From Candidatus Undinarchaeales archaeon SRR5007147.bin71 (lineage in GTDB: Archaea; Undinarchaeota; Undinarchaeia; Undinarchaeales; Undinarchaeaceae): 40,968 bases of DNA. The stretch lies in the NCBI GenBank assembly GCA_014189675.1, contig DVAE01000030.1, forward strand, positions 1-40,968, in the 5' to 3' direction. The notes under the pieces are model-generated. The model made no database searches. It saw only the letters and a list, made by a program, of their open reading frames with translations, and was not told the DNA's origin. Positions 9,262 to 17,639 of the stretch are shown piece after piece. The first letter of the stretch is position 1; the number at the start of each line of letters is the position of its first letter. Position numbers and translations under genes: made by a program.

Positions 9262-9966
9262 ATGGACTTTGGGAAAGCACCAAAAATAGTGGTGTCTGCA
9301 GACATTGCACCAAATGAGGCGGTTCAGCTTGTGGAGAAATTACTTCCAGCAAGAGATAAGATTGCAGCCCTGAAGCTTGGCTCTCTGCACGCAATGGATA
9401 TGGGCCTCAGAGAAACCATAAAGGTACTGAAGGAAGTTTCCGATTTTCCTTTGATTTATGACCACCAAAAAGGCTGCAGCGATATACCGGATATTGTTGA
9501 AAGGCAGGTTCTTCTGGCTTCTGACTGCGGGATAGACGCTGTGATTGGAGTTCCTCATGGAGCAGGTCCAAGGTCTCTGGAGAGATTCTGCACTAGCTGT
9601 AAAAGCGCAGGAATTGAAGCAATTGTTCTGCTTGAAATGACGCATGAAGGAGCTCATGATTATCACAAAGAAGATACTGCGAGAAAAATTTTTGATCACA
9701 TTATGGAGCTCGGGGTGAAAAATATTGTCGCTCCAGGAAACAAATATGAGAGACTTAGGGAATATAGAAAATGGATTGACGAGTCAGGCTCAGGAGCGAA
9801 GATAATGTCCCCTGGAATAGGAGCCCAAGGAGGTCAGGCAGAGAAGGCAGTTGGAGCAGGAACTGACTATCCTATAGTTGGGAGAGCAATTTATCTTGCG
9901 GAAGATCCAAAAAAAGCCGTAGACGAAATATATGAAAGTGCAGTGAGAGGTTATGAAAAGAGATGA
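9262..9966 (+). CDS. pyrF: Orotidine-5'-phosphate decarboxylase (divergent motif spacing)
   Basis: VSAD, LKLG, YDHQKGCSDIP, SPGIGAQGG and IVGRAIY motifs. Coupled to pyrE. Confidence 0.85.
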   Translation: MDFGKAPKIVVSADIAPNEAVQLVEKLLPARDKIAALKLGSLHAMDMGLRETIKVLKEVSDFPLIYDHQKGCSDIPDIVERQVLLASDCGIDAVIGVPHGAGPRSLERFCTSCKSAGIEAIVLLEMTHEGAHDYHKEDTARKIFDHIMELGVKNIVAPGNKYERLREYRKWIDESGSGAKIMSPGIGAQGGQAEKAVGAGTDYPIVGRAIYLAEDPKKAVDEIYESAVRGYEKR

Positions 9967-10565
9967 ACAGTATAGTTGAGAAGATTTGGGAGTACGGGGC
10001 GATTATTGTATCGACAGATGATGGATTTGATCTTGCATCCGGGAAAAAAAGTCCAATATATATTGACTGCCGATCAATCATATCATATCCTGATGTAATG
10101 GACCTCATAGCAAAGGAAGCATCTAAAATAGTTAAAAAAACAGGAGTCGAAATATTGGCAGGAGGAGAAACCGCAGGAATCCCATATGCAGCATGGATAT
10201 CTGCCAGAAGTAATATTCCAATGGCATACATCAGGAGGAGGCCGAAGGGCTATGGAAGAACATCACAAGTAGAGGGTTCTATGGACTCAGGGAAAAAAGT
10301 TCTTTTGGTAGAGGACCTGATAACAACAGGATACAGCAAAGCGTCCTTTGTAGAGGGAATAAGAAACACAGGAGCGACTATAGAACATTGTCTTGTGGTC
10401 TTTGACCGGGAGCAGGGAGGACGCGAACGTCTGAAGGAAAATGGAATCGAGCTTCATTCTCTGGTGACCCTCAGCGAAACTCTAGAATACGGTCTGAAAA
10501 CAGGAGAACTGAGCCAAGAAGACTACGAAAAAATACAAAAATATCTTGAAGATGGTTCAGAATAA
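9963..10565 (+). CDS. pyrE: Orotate phosphoribosyltransferase
   Basis: FDLASGKKSPIYIDCR, the RRRPKGYG loop, the PRPP-binding LLVEDLITTG, and FDREQGG. Confidence 0.95.
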   Translation: MNSIVEKIWEYGAIIVSTDDGFDLASGKKSPIYIDCRSIISYPDVMDLIAKEASKIVKKTGVEILAGGETAGIPYAAWISARSNIPMAYIRRRPKGYGRTSQVEGSMDSGKKVLLVEDLITTGYSKASFVEGIRNTGATIEHCLVVFDREQGGRERLKENGIELHSLVTLSETLEYGLKTGELSQEDYEKIQKYLEDGSE

Positions 10566-10596
10566 TTATTTATAGGCTTATTTATTAAAGGAAAAT

Positions 10597-10812
10597 ATGG
10601 TTCACAGAAAATTCTGGAAGCTTCAGAGACATCACAGAGTTCTTTTTGGAAGCCTCATAATTGTTTCCATAATAGGGGTATGGAGAGGACTCTGGGGTCT
10701 GATGGACAAATATATATTTCCAGAGCAGTACCTGCTGAGCCATGTCACGACTTTGCTAGGCGGTTTTTTCGTACTCTGGATGACCCAGAATACTATAAAG
10801 TCAATAACATAA
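10597..10812 (+). CDS. Small two-TM membrane protein
   Basis: Two hydrophobic helices flanking WRGLWGLMDKYIFP. AT-rich TATA-like sequence upstream. Confidence 0.7.
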   Translation: MVHRKFWKLQRHHRVLFGSLIIVSIIGVWRGLWGLMDKYIFPEQYLLSHVTTLLGGFFVLWMTQNTIKSIT

Positions 10813-10910
10813 CAATCGAAGGAATATTTAGAAAAGGGGGGCCTACAAAAGCTTAATAAACCCCAACTTGCAGATAAAGTAGCTATAAGTCATATAGGAG
10901 GATAGATATC

Positions 10911-11054
10911 ATGGCAGAATTTGAAAGACCACAGAGAGAAATGCACAAGGCAACATGCGCTGAGTGCAAGAACGAATGTGAAGTTCCATTCAAGCCAGCA
11001 GAGGACAGGCCTGTATATTGCAGGGATTGCTTTGCTAAGCGAAGGAACTACTAA
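10911..11054 (+). CDS. CxxC-x17-CxxC zinc-ribbon small protein (47 aa; not in ORF track)
   Basis: Manual translation: MAEFERPQREMHKATCAECKNECEVPFKPAEDRPVYCRDCFAKRRNY. GGAGG SD at 10897-10901. Confidence 0.93.
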   Translation: MAEFERPQREMHKATCAECKNECEVPFKPAEDRPVYCRDCFAKRRNY

Positions 11055-11071
11055 GTTTACTAATTTTAGTT

Positions 11072-11126
11072 AAAATTACGCCCTGTTAAAGTCTAAACAA
11101 CTTTTGCGGGGCGAATTTTTTTTTTT
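11072..11126 (+). terminator. Hairpin plus 11-T tract, intrinsic terminator-like, after the CxxC-x17-CxxC gene
   Basis: AAAATTACGCCCTGTTAAAGT pairs imperfectly with ACTTTTGCGGGGCGAATTTT, running into T11 at 11116-11126. Confidence 0.7.
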
Positions 11127-11168
11127 ATTTAATGGTGTATTAACGAAGTTTATATTTAATAAAGCGAG

Positions 11169-11240
11169 CGCCCCCGGCAGGATTCGAACCTGCGACCTTG
11201 TGGTTAACAGCCACACGCTCTACCGCTGAGCTACAGGGGC
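11169..11240 (-). tRNA. tRNA-Asn (GTT), intronless, CCA not encoded
   Basis: Reverse complement GCCCCTGTAGCTCAGCGGTAGAGCGTGTGGCTGTTAACCACAAGGTCGCAGGTTCGAATCCTGCCGGGGGCG folds as a cloverleaf with anticodon arm TGTGG-CTGTTAA-CCACA and a TTCGAAT T-loop. Confidence 0.97.
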
Positions 11241-11326
11241 ATTATTTAAGATAATAGAATGAATTCATAATTTAACAGCTTAAAATACTTTACTAAGCCC
11301 AAATAGCTCATTCTTTTTTACTAGAA

Positions 11327-12445
11327 TCAATCCAGGAAGTTCTCTTCTTTTATTTTCTCCGGAAGATACTTCTTTGCAACAAAGTCAAGGCTCTTGTTTG
11401 CGAGTGCCTGCTGTTCAATTCTGACACCCATCTCAAGCATTTTCTCGAGCTGTCTCACCCAGGCCGGATTGTTCTTGAACCACATATAGCCGAGCTCTTC
11501 TTTGATTCGCTTTTTGTCAACTTCCTTGAGCTGTTCTGTAACATTCTGAAGCTCGTAAGTCTCTATATCATCCATTGTCATCCCGACATAGCGAGTATTC
11601 GGAACCGCATACCTTTCTGAAAGATGGGCCAGTTCAATGGAGCCGTATTTCAGAACAGAATATATGTAAAAACCATAAGGGTCTCCGTCAACAAAGGCTA
11701 TAACCGGAAGTTTTAGTTTCTCATTCAAAAGCTTGATGAACCGTCTCACACCGCGCGGAAACATACCTTCACCAGTGACGAGGAGACAGTTCAAATTCTT
11801 ATAGACCTTTTCCTGTATGAGACGAGACATCATTGCGTCGTTCTCTATTGCAAGAATGAAATCCGCTTTGTAGTTTATAATATCAACATCTTCTGTATAC
11901 CCAGGAATTGCCCATCCGCCTCTTCCGAGCTTGCTGCAGTCGAATGTATCTCCTGCCTGACTGAGTGTGATGTCTCCGTAAATAGAACCTCGGGCTTTTG
12001 CTTCTATGTGGAGACGCTCCCTCAGAACACCCATAGAAGCCTCCAGGTCGTTGAGAACTGTTCCAGATTCTATATCGTCCTCAAATGTATTCTCCTTGGA
12101 GTTTGGAAGAGAGTGCTTAAGGTTGTAATACAATTCACGCTTTCCGACTGTCCTGTCGTGCTCAATATATTCTTTGCAGGCGGAGGCTATCAAAGCGGAC
12201 TGCATGAACTTTCTTGCGTGAGCCACATTAAGGAAACGCCTGCTTGATGTCTTGTCTCCGAGAACGAGAATTTTCTGCTTTTCATCGAAGCTTATGTTTG
12301 TCTTTGAACGAAGTGGTATCTCAAAGACAGGAGGATTTTTATCCTCCACAGAGGCAACAATCTTCTTGCCGAAACCACTTATTGAATCCAGAGATTCTTT
12401 CTTAATTTTCTCATCAAATGTTTTGTCTTTATTTTTCGCTGCCAT
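11327..12445 (-). CDS. top6A: DNA topoisomerase VI subunit A
   Basis: Catalytic RELYY and Toprim motifs AIEND...GEGMF...DGDPYG, plus EQQAL. Confidence 0.96.
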   Translation of the reverse strand: MAAKNKDKTFDEKIKKESLDSISGFGKKIVASVEDKNPPVFEIPLRSKTNISFDEKQKILVLGDKTSSRRFLNVAHARKFMQSALIASACKEYIEHDRTVGKRELYYNLKHSLPNSKENTFEDDIESGTVLNDLEASMGVLRERLHIEAKARGSIYGDITLSQAGDTFDCSKLGRGGWAIPGYTEDVDIINYKADFILAIENDAMMSRLIQEKVYKNLNCLLVTGEGMFPRGVRRFIKLLNEKLKLPVIAFVDGDPYGFYIYSVLKYGSIELAHLSERYAVPNTRYVGMTMDDIETYELQNVTEQLKEVDKKRIKEELGYMWFKNNPAWVRQLEKMLEMGVRIEQQALANKSLDFVAKKYLPEKIKEENFLD

Positions 12446-12447
12446 AA

Positions 12448-14100
12448 TTATTCATCCTCCTCTGATACATCTTCCGGAATCTCATCATATGCTGCAGACT
12501 CTTCCTCTAATTCTTCCTCTGTTTCTTCTTCATCAGGCTCGTCGTCACCGAAGCGCTCAAGAACTAGCACTTTCAACTTCTTCTCTAACTCGTCTTCCTT
12601 TTTTCCAGTCAGCTTTGCAAGAGCTTTGGCAGTCTCAGGGATGTACCTTTCGTACATTTTCTTCCTCTCTGCGATTTCAGCTGCTTTTCTCCTTCCGGAA
12701 AGGAAGCGCTGAAGAGAACGGGAAGCGCGCATTAGAGCCATCCTTATTTCATTAAGGATCTCTTCCTCGCCGGCAACTGCCTGCTTTCCTGCAGATGTGT
12801 AAGGGACGTGAGTCGAAATGAGATTGATAAAAAGTGATACTGGAGAATTTTCCATATCCTTCAATTTATATCGTCTCCAATCTATTGAGTTAACTGCCTT
12901 AGTAAGAGCGCAACCTCCGGCATCGAAAAGAAGAGGTGAACGGTTCGCAAAGCGCATTATTTCGACCTTCCTTTCGTTAATTTCCTTCGAAGCAGTAGCC
13001 CTACCTGAATTTCCTCCATAAGATATCGCTATCTCAACTATGAAAGGAATGCCACCCTTGTAGGTTGTTGGTTTCCTTGAAATGACTTCTATGAAGTCAG
13101 GAGATAACAAATTATTCAGAGCCTTTTCTATCTGATCTTTTCCAATTGGTATAAGACCATCAGTAGGGGGTGCCATGAACTTTATCTTCTTAAAGGACTT
13201 GACTATCTGCTCAGCCTCAGGCCATTCAAGCCTCTTCGGACTTTTTGCAAGGTCAAAGTCAACAAGAGCCTGGATTTCCCTAACTTTGTCAGAACTTACT
13301 CTTGCAAGGTCAGACGAAAGGAATGAAGAAACGGCACGGGATTTGGACTTGAGAGCCATATCCAAGATATCATGAGCTTCCAGACCAGAGGGATGTGGCT
13401 TTATCTCTTTTGGAACTTTTGGAACATTATCAACTACACGTTCAAAGAGCATCTCACTTCCTTCCGGGTCTTTGAACATAATCTCAGCGTGAGGATTTGC
13501 TGCAGCTGTCCATCGAACATATTCGAATGGTCCGCGTATTCCTTTAGTATACTGAACTCCTTTGAATTCAGCTTCAACTACAGTTCCGCGCATCACACTG
13601 TTTTCAACTTTCTTGTCTATAAGATTTGGAGAATTGGTTTTTATATCAATCTCAACTCTGGCTTCAACAAGCTTCCCTTTTCCTGTTCCAGATTTTATAT
13701 AGGTAGAATTTCCACTCGTCATTTGAGAGAAAAGAACACAACCAGAGACACCAAGTCCCTGTTGACCCCTCAGTTGAATATTTCTATGAAATTTTGTTCC
13801 TGTGAGGAGCTGTCCGAATACTTTCTCAAGATGCTTCTCTGGAATTCCAGGACCATTATCCTCAACGCGAACTTTGTAGTGCTCAGTTCCAAGTTCGCTA
13901 ATTATAATTTTTATTGAAGGAGAAATCTTAGCCTCTTCGCAGGCGTCGAGAGAGTTTGACAGGAGCTCGTGTATAACGGTAGTCAGAGATTTTATTTTCC
14001 CGACGTAGCCAAGGTACTGCCTGTTTTTCCGGAAGAATTCGCTAAGTTGAACAGTCTTGAATTCCTCAAATAGTTTTTCTCCAGATATTTGCTCAGGCAT
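12448..14100 (-). CDS. top6B: DNA topoisomerase VI subunit B
   Basis: GHKL motifs ELLSNSLDACE, DNGPGI and RGQQGLG, plus RFANRSPLL and VPYTSAGKQ. Acidic tail. Confidence 0.97.
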   Translation of the reverse strand: MPEQISGEKLFEEFKTVQLSEFFRKNRQYLGYVGKIKSLTTVIHELLSNSLDACEEAKISPSIKIIISELGTEHYKVRVEDNGPGIPEKHLEKVFGQLLTGTKFHRNIQLRGQQGLGVSGCVLFSQMTSGNSTYIKSGTGKGKLVEARVEIDIKTNSPNLIDKKVENSVMRGTVVEAEFKGVQYTKGIRGPFEYVRWTAAANPHAEIMFKDPEGSEMLFERVVDNVPKVPKEIKPHPSGLEAHDILDMALKSKSRAVSSFLSSDLARVSSDKVREIQALVDFDLAKSPKRLEWPEAEQIVKSFKKIKFMAPPTDGLIPIGKDQIEKALNNLLSPDFIEVISRKPTTYKGGIPFIVEIAISYGGNSGRATASKEINERKVEIMRFANRSPLLFDAGGCALTKAVNSIDWRRYKLKDMENSPVSLFINLISTHVPYTSAGKQAVAGEEEILNEIRMALMRASRSLQRFLSGRRKAAEIAERKKMYERYIPETAKALAKLTGKKEDELEKKLKVLVLERFGDDEPDEEETEEELEEESAAYDEIPEDVSEEDE

Positions 14101-14638
14101 CTTTATATTTCACTCCTAATTTACTCAACTCAGTTTCTATGTGACGGATTGCAGTACTGTGCATAGTACCGCCGGCAAGAAGCTCAACCGCACCCCTTGC
14201 AATGATAGACATATCATGTTCGCCAATTATCGTAACAGTTTTTCCGTAAACGAAGATTTGTGTATTTGTTAGGTTCTCTATTATATTCTTTGCCTTTCCT
14301 TTTGTTCCGATAACTCTCCCTTTTATCCTGACTAATGCATTGTGTTTTTTTCCGACGAACTCACTCAGATCAACAAGTTGCAGCTCTGCACCAGATTCTA
14401 ATATATCAAGCGCAGCCTCAGGCTCTGCCCCCCTCCCTACTGCCTTAACAGTGTCACGGGCTCGCCACAAATCAAGGATTTCTTCTGATTTCCCAGATAG
14501 CTCTATGGAAATCTCATGCTCCTCACTGTCGATACGAATTTTCGTGTCGGACTGAGATTCTATGTATTTTATGAGCTTCCCTTTATCCTCAGTGAGAAGT
14601 TTTAGGCGCTCTTTTGGAATTTTTACGTATTCGGCCAT
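14093..14638 (-). CDS. KH-domain pre-rRNA processing protein (Dim2/Pno1 family)
   Basis: KIPKER N-terminus, KAVGRG, RIKGRVIGTKG (GxxG KH loop) and VYGKTVTIIG. Syntenic with top6B and aIF1A. Confidence 0.9.
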   Translation of the reverse strand: MAEYVKIPKERLKLLTEDKGKLIKYIESQSDTKIRIDSEEHEISIELSGKSEEILDLWRARDTVKAVGRGAEPEAALDILESGAELQLVDLSEFVGKKHNALVRIKGRVIGTKGKAKNIIENLTNTQIFVYGKTVTIIGEHDMSIIARGAVELLAGGTMHSTAIRHIETELSKLGVKYKDA

Positions 14639-14706
14639 TTGAGTGAAACAAAATTCAATACTACATATTGTGGCTGAAAGTATATAAAGTTAATTATGCC
14701 TAATCG

Positions 14707-15174
14707 CTATGCATCAACCGAATTTTTTCCCTCAGTCTCGGTTTTTTCACTTCCCTCTGCTGTGTCCTCTCTCTCTTTTGTAGCTTCTTTTTCAGGCACT
14801 TTAGGGGGTGTTTCTGATTTTTCTTTAGACTGCTCAGCTTCCTCTGACTCTGGAGTCAAGAGGCCTTTTTTCCTGAGTATGTTAACTTGATTTGGTCTGT
14901 ATTTATACAAATAATCCCCTTTTTCATTCTCCTGCACTGGCCACTTTTGAACAAGAATAACATCTCCAGGTTTTACTCTAAGCTTATATCGTATCTTTCC
15001 CGGAACTCTGCAAAGCCTTGTATAACCATCCATACACTCAACGAGAAGTTTTGTGCCGTAATGCTCAATAATTATTCCAAGAACCTCGCGATTTTCCTTG
15101 CGTGGCATTCTAACACGGACTGGAGCATTTGGATCGAAGCTTCCGTGTTTTTTCTTTTTTTTATAATAGGCCAT
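14707..15174 (-). CDS. eif1a: Translation initiation factor aIF-1A with acidic C-terminal extension
   Basis: VECMDGYTRLCRVPGK...GDVILVQKW...KGDYLYKY OB fold. Confidence 0.93.
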   Translation of the reverse strand: MAYYKKKKKHGSFDPNAPVRVRMPRKENREVLGIIIEHYGTKLLVECMDGYTRLCRVPGKIRYKLRVKPGDVILVQKWPVQENEKGDYLYKYRPNQVNILRKKGLLTPESEEAEQSKEKSETPPKVPEKEATKEREDTAEGSEKTETEGKNSVDA

Positions 15175-15229
15175 ATGACACTCTATGTTAGGGGTCTTGT
15201 TTTTAAGGTTTTGGTAGGGTGGGTCAAGC

Positions 15230-15237
15230 TTTATATA
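15230..15237 (+). promoter_or_regulatory. TATA box (TTTATATA) of rpoK, likely leaderless transcript
   Basis: TTTATATA ends 27 nt before ATG 15265, with no SD in between. Confidence 0.6.
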
Positions 15238-15264
15238 TCACTGAGGAGATAATAAGAGATCGCA

Positions 15265-15510
15265 ATGTACAAAGAAAACAGGCTTACACGGTTCGAGAGA
15301 GCAAGGATAATCGGAGCAAGATCTCTCCAGATATCCATGGGTGCCCCAGTTCTAGTTAAGCTTGGAAAAAGTGAAATAGACCCAACTGAGATAGCTGTTA
15401 AGGAATTTAAAGAGAGAACCGTTCCTATGACAGTCATAAGAAGGGCACAGGGACAGGATGCAATAACTGTAGATATCAGTGAAGCAGACTTGGAAACTAT
15501 GCTTTATTAG
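15265..15510 (+). CDS. rpoK: DNA-directed RNA polymerase subunit Rpo6 (K)
   Basis: [22 protein letters not shown] signature. Confidence 0.97.
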   Translation: MYKENRLTRFERARIIGARSLQISMGAPVLVKLGKSEIDPTEIAVKEFKERTVPMTVIRRAQGQDAITVDISEADLETMLY

Positions 15511-15800
15511 AGGCTAAGAATCTGCGCATGTGGAACGCCTTCTATTTTAAGAACATTATTTTCTGTAACCAATCCTAGCTCAATTGCAATAGAAACACAT
15601 TTTTCACCGACAAGATTAGAGATATTGGATAAGTTCAGCATTTCTTTGAAAGTTTCAGAATCAACTTCTTCATCTCCATAAAAATCCTTATCCACAGTAA
15701 TGGAAATATCTCCTTCAGAAAATGTCTTTCCAAGAAGTTCCTTGTCACAGGCAGCAAGAATTGATCCTGAGTCCGAGGAAATTATTCTTGCATAAATCAT
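15507..15800 (-). CDS. DUF424 family protein
   Basis: [14 protein letters not shown]...FYG...NLVGEKCV...GVPHAQ. Confidence 0.9.
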   Translation of the reverse strand: MIYARIISSDSGSILAACDKELLGKTFSEGDISITVDKDFYGDEEVDSETFKEMLNLSNISNLVGEKCVSIAIELGLVTENNVLKIEGVPHAQILSL

Positions 15801-16204
15801 AGGACTTTTACCATATATTTAGTTCCGCAGGCTTTGCACTTGAGTTCTGCAGAATTATCCCCTTCATTTAGGATTGTGTCAGGAAGACCGCATTGTTTGC
15901 AGGCAACAAAAGACTTGTAGTAGTCACTGAGCTTTGAATTTAGGAACTTAGGAGTTTTATTACCTTTGAAAGTCAGTCTTTGACCTGAAAGAGTTCCAGA
16001 AGTTCCGGCTTCAGAGAGGATAAATTTTTGTAGGTGTGTAGGGTCTCGCTCTAGTTTGTTGGCTACTTCGACAAAATTTGAGATTATTGTTTCGGCTCCC
16101 TGGATAAAGGACTCGAACACAGGGATTTCAAACCTCGCTTTTTCACTAGATACCTCTGGAAGCTGTTCTTTAGCTTTTTTTAGAAGTTCTTCATATGATT
16201 TCAT
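15797..16204 (-). CDS. eif2b: Translation initiation factor aIF-2 beta subunit
   Basis: YEELL, RFEIP, NF...RDPTHL and a C-terminal CKQCGLPDT...CKACG zinc ribbon. Confidence 0.95.
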   Translation of the reverse strand: MKSYEELLKKAKEQLPEVSSEKARFEIPVFESFIQGAETIISNFVEVANKLERDPTHLQKFILSEAGTSGTLSGQRLTFKGNKTPKFLNSKLSDYYKSFVACKQCGLPDTILNEGDNSAELKCKACGTKYMVKVL

Positions 16205-16803
16205 ACTTGTTTGAATACACCTCTTACTGGCTCATACAAATCTCCTTTGTGAAGAAGAGACTTTACTGCCTCGAGTATATCATTGTCATCCAAATCCTTT
16301 AAAACACTTGCCAATCCATCCAAAGAAGCCCCGTCTGCTCCAGTCTCACTTATGGTTTTCAAAATAAGCGCCTCTACATCTTCATGTAGCTTTCCTGGCT
16401 GAGCCTCTTCTGGCTGAGCAAGTTCAATCCTTCTCAAGAGCTCAAAGTTTGGATCTATTATCTTCTGAGCCACGAAAGAGTTTATGTAAATTTCATCATC
16501 ATATTCACGAATAGTTCCAGTTACATCCGCAATATCCCCGACTTCGAGTTTCGCAAGTGTACTTGCACGCTTTTTGAAAGACTTTGCACGTATTGTCTCT
16601 GTCGAATCGTCGAGAGTCACGCTTGAGTACTCACCATCGTCTGAAACAAATTTATCAACGATAGTTCCCAATATACGAACTCTTGATAGCTCTGAACCGT
16701 CGGCTGCCCTGAGAACTCCGTAGCCTTCACTCTCTACGTACTCACCGGAGACAATTTTGTCTATATGTACTTTCTTAGATGCAAGCTGAGAGTTTTCGGC
16801 CAT
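16201..16803 (-). CDS. RPA32/Rpa2-like OB-fold ssDNA-binding protein with C-terminal winged helix
   Basis: SRVRILGTIVDKF...LDDSTETIRAK OB fold and C-terminal GDLYEPVRG winged-helix motif. Confidence 0.85.
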   Translation of the reverse strand: MAENSQLASKKVHIDKIVSGEYVESEGYGVLRAADGSELSRVRILGTIVDKFVSDDGEYSSVTLDDSTETIRAKSFKKRASTLAKLEVGDIADVTGTIREYDDEIYINSFVAQKIIDPNFELLRRIELAQPEEAQPGKLHEDVEALILKTISETGADGASLDGLASVLKDLDDNDILEAVKSLLHKGDLYEPVRGVFKQV

Positions 16804-16804
16804 T

Positions 16805-17611
16805 TTAAATTAAGAGATAAGATGCAGCAAGATAGGCCCCCATTGTACACGCCGCGAGGGGGGGCAAGGCTGGAATCGGCTTTCCCTTTCCATAGATTAG
16901 AAGGCTGTGGATTATTAATATTCCGAAGAGTCCTCCAACAATGACGAAGGCTGAGACAGAGAAACCTGTTCGCAGGGCTGACACCGCAAGTATTAATGGA
17001 AATGCCACGTCACCAGTTCCGAGGAAGGTATATTCTCGTTTTGTAGCTGGCTTTTTTAGTGTGGCTTTTTTTAAATCGGAGCCCATACCTGAAATCTTTT
17101 CAGAAGCTATGAGAGCAAGAGGTACTCCGCCTTCTAGAGTGCCTTTGAATAAGGTAATCATATGTTTTGTTTTGTAAACAGCTATGATATCGTAAACTGA
17201 GAGTATAGCAAGTATTATGAAAATAGTGCTCACATTGAATAGGAGACCAATTGTTGCTCCGACTCCAGCAAGAGCCAGTATGAGAGACGCATTCTGAACC
17301 AAAATTGTTGGATATGTAAATCTTATTACCACAAGGGAAAGTGCAAGAATCATTGCAGTCAGTTCAGAAAACATAACACTGAAAACTGTTTCGCTTCCGA
17401 CAAAGATTATGAAGGCCATAAGCACCTTCATGAACCCGAGACGCCTTTTAAGGAATTTTATTAAAACGAGAAACAGTGCAGTTGCTGCTGCAAACATAAT
17501 CAGGAAACCTTTTACAGCAGGTCCTGTCTCTGCAACAGGGATTACCTCAAGCGCTGCAATTTGAATGGCAACATAAAGCCCAATAATCTGAACAGCAAGG
17601 AAAAGAGACAT
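16805..17611 (-). CDS. Presenilin/signal-peptide-peptidase family intramembrane aspartyl protease (start uncertain, 17611-17683)
   Basis: YD (SVYDIIAV), GxGD (LGTGD) and PALP motifs, with about nine TM helices. Confidence 0.9.
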   Translation of the reverse strand: MSLFLAVQIIGLYVAIQIAALEVIPVAETGPAVKGFLIMFAAATALFLVLIKFLKRRLGFMKVLMAFIIFVGSETVFSVMFSELTAMILALSLVVIRFTYPTILVQNASLILALAGVGATIGLLFNVSTIFIILAILSVYDIIAVYKTKHMITLFKGTLEGGVPLALIASEKISGMGSDLKKATLKKPATKREYTFLGTGDVAFPLILAVSALRTGFSVSAFVIVGGLFGILIIHSLLIYGKGKPIPALPPLAACTMGAYLAASYLLI

Positions 17612-17639
17612 CTCAGAAAAGAGTAGTCTTGGCCTGAAA

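Noticed and set aside
11169-11240. tRNA-Asn as an integration site
   Set aside because: I saw no duplicated tRNA 3' end, integrase or foreign gene block nearby.
12252-13917. Plus-strand ORFs of 167 and 181 aa
   Set aside because: Antisense shadows of top6A/top6B with no recognisable motifs.
16805-17611. Presenilin-like gene as the missing prepilin peptidase
   Set aside because: YD, GxGD and PALP indicate the A22 presenilin/SPP family, not A24 PibD/FlaK, and there is no positive evidence for pilin processing.
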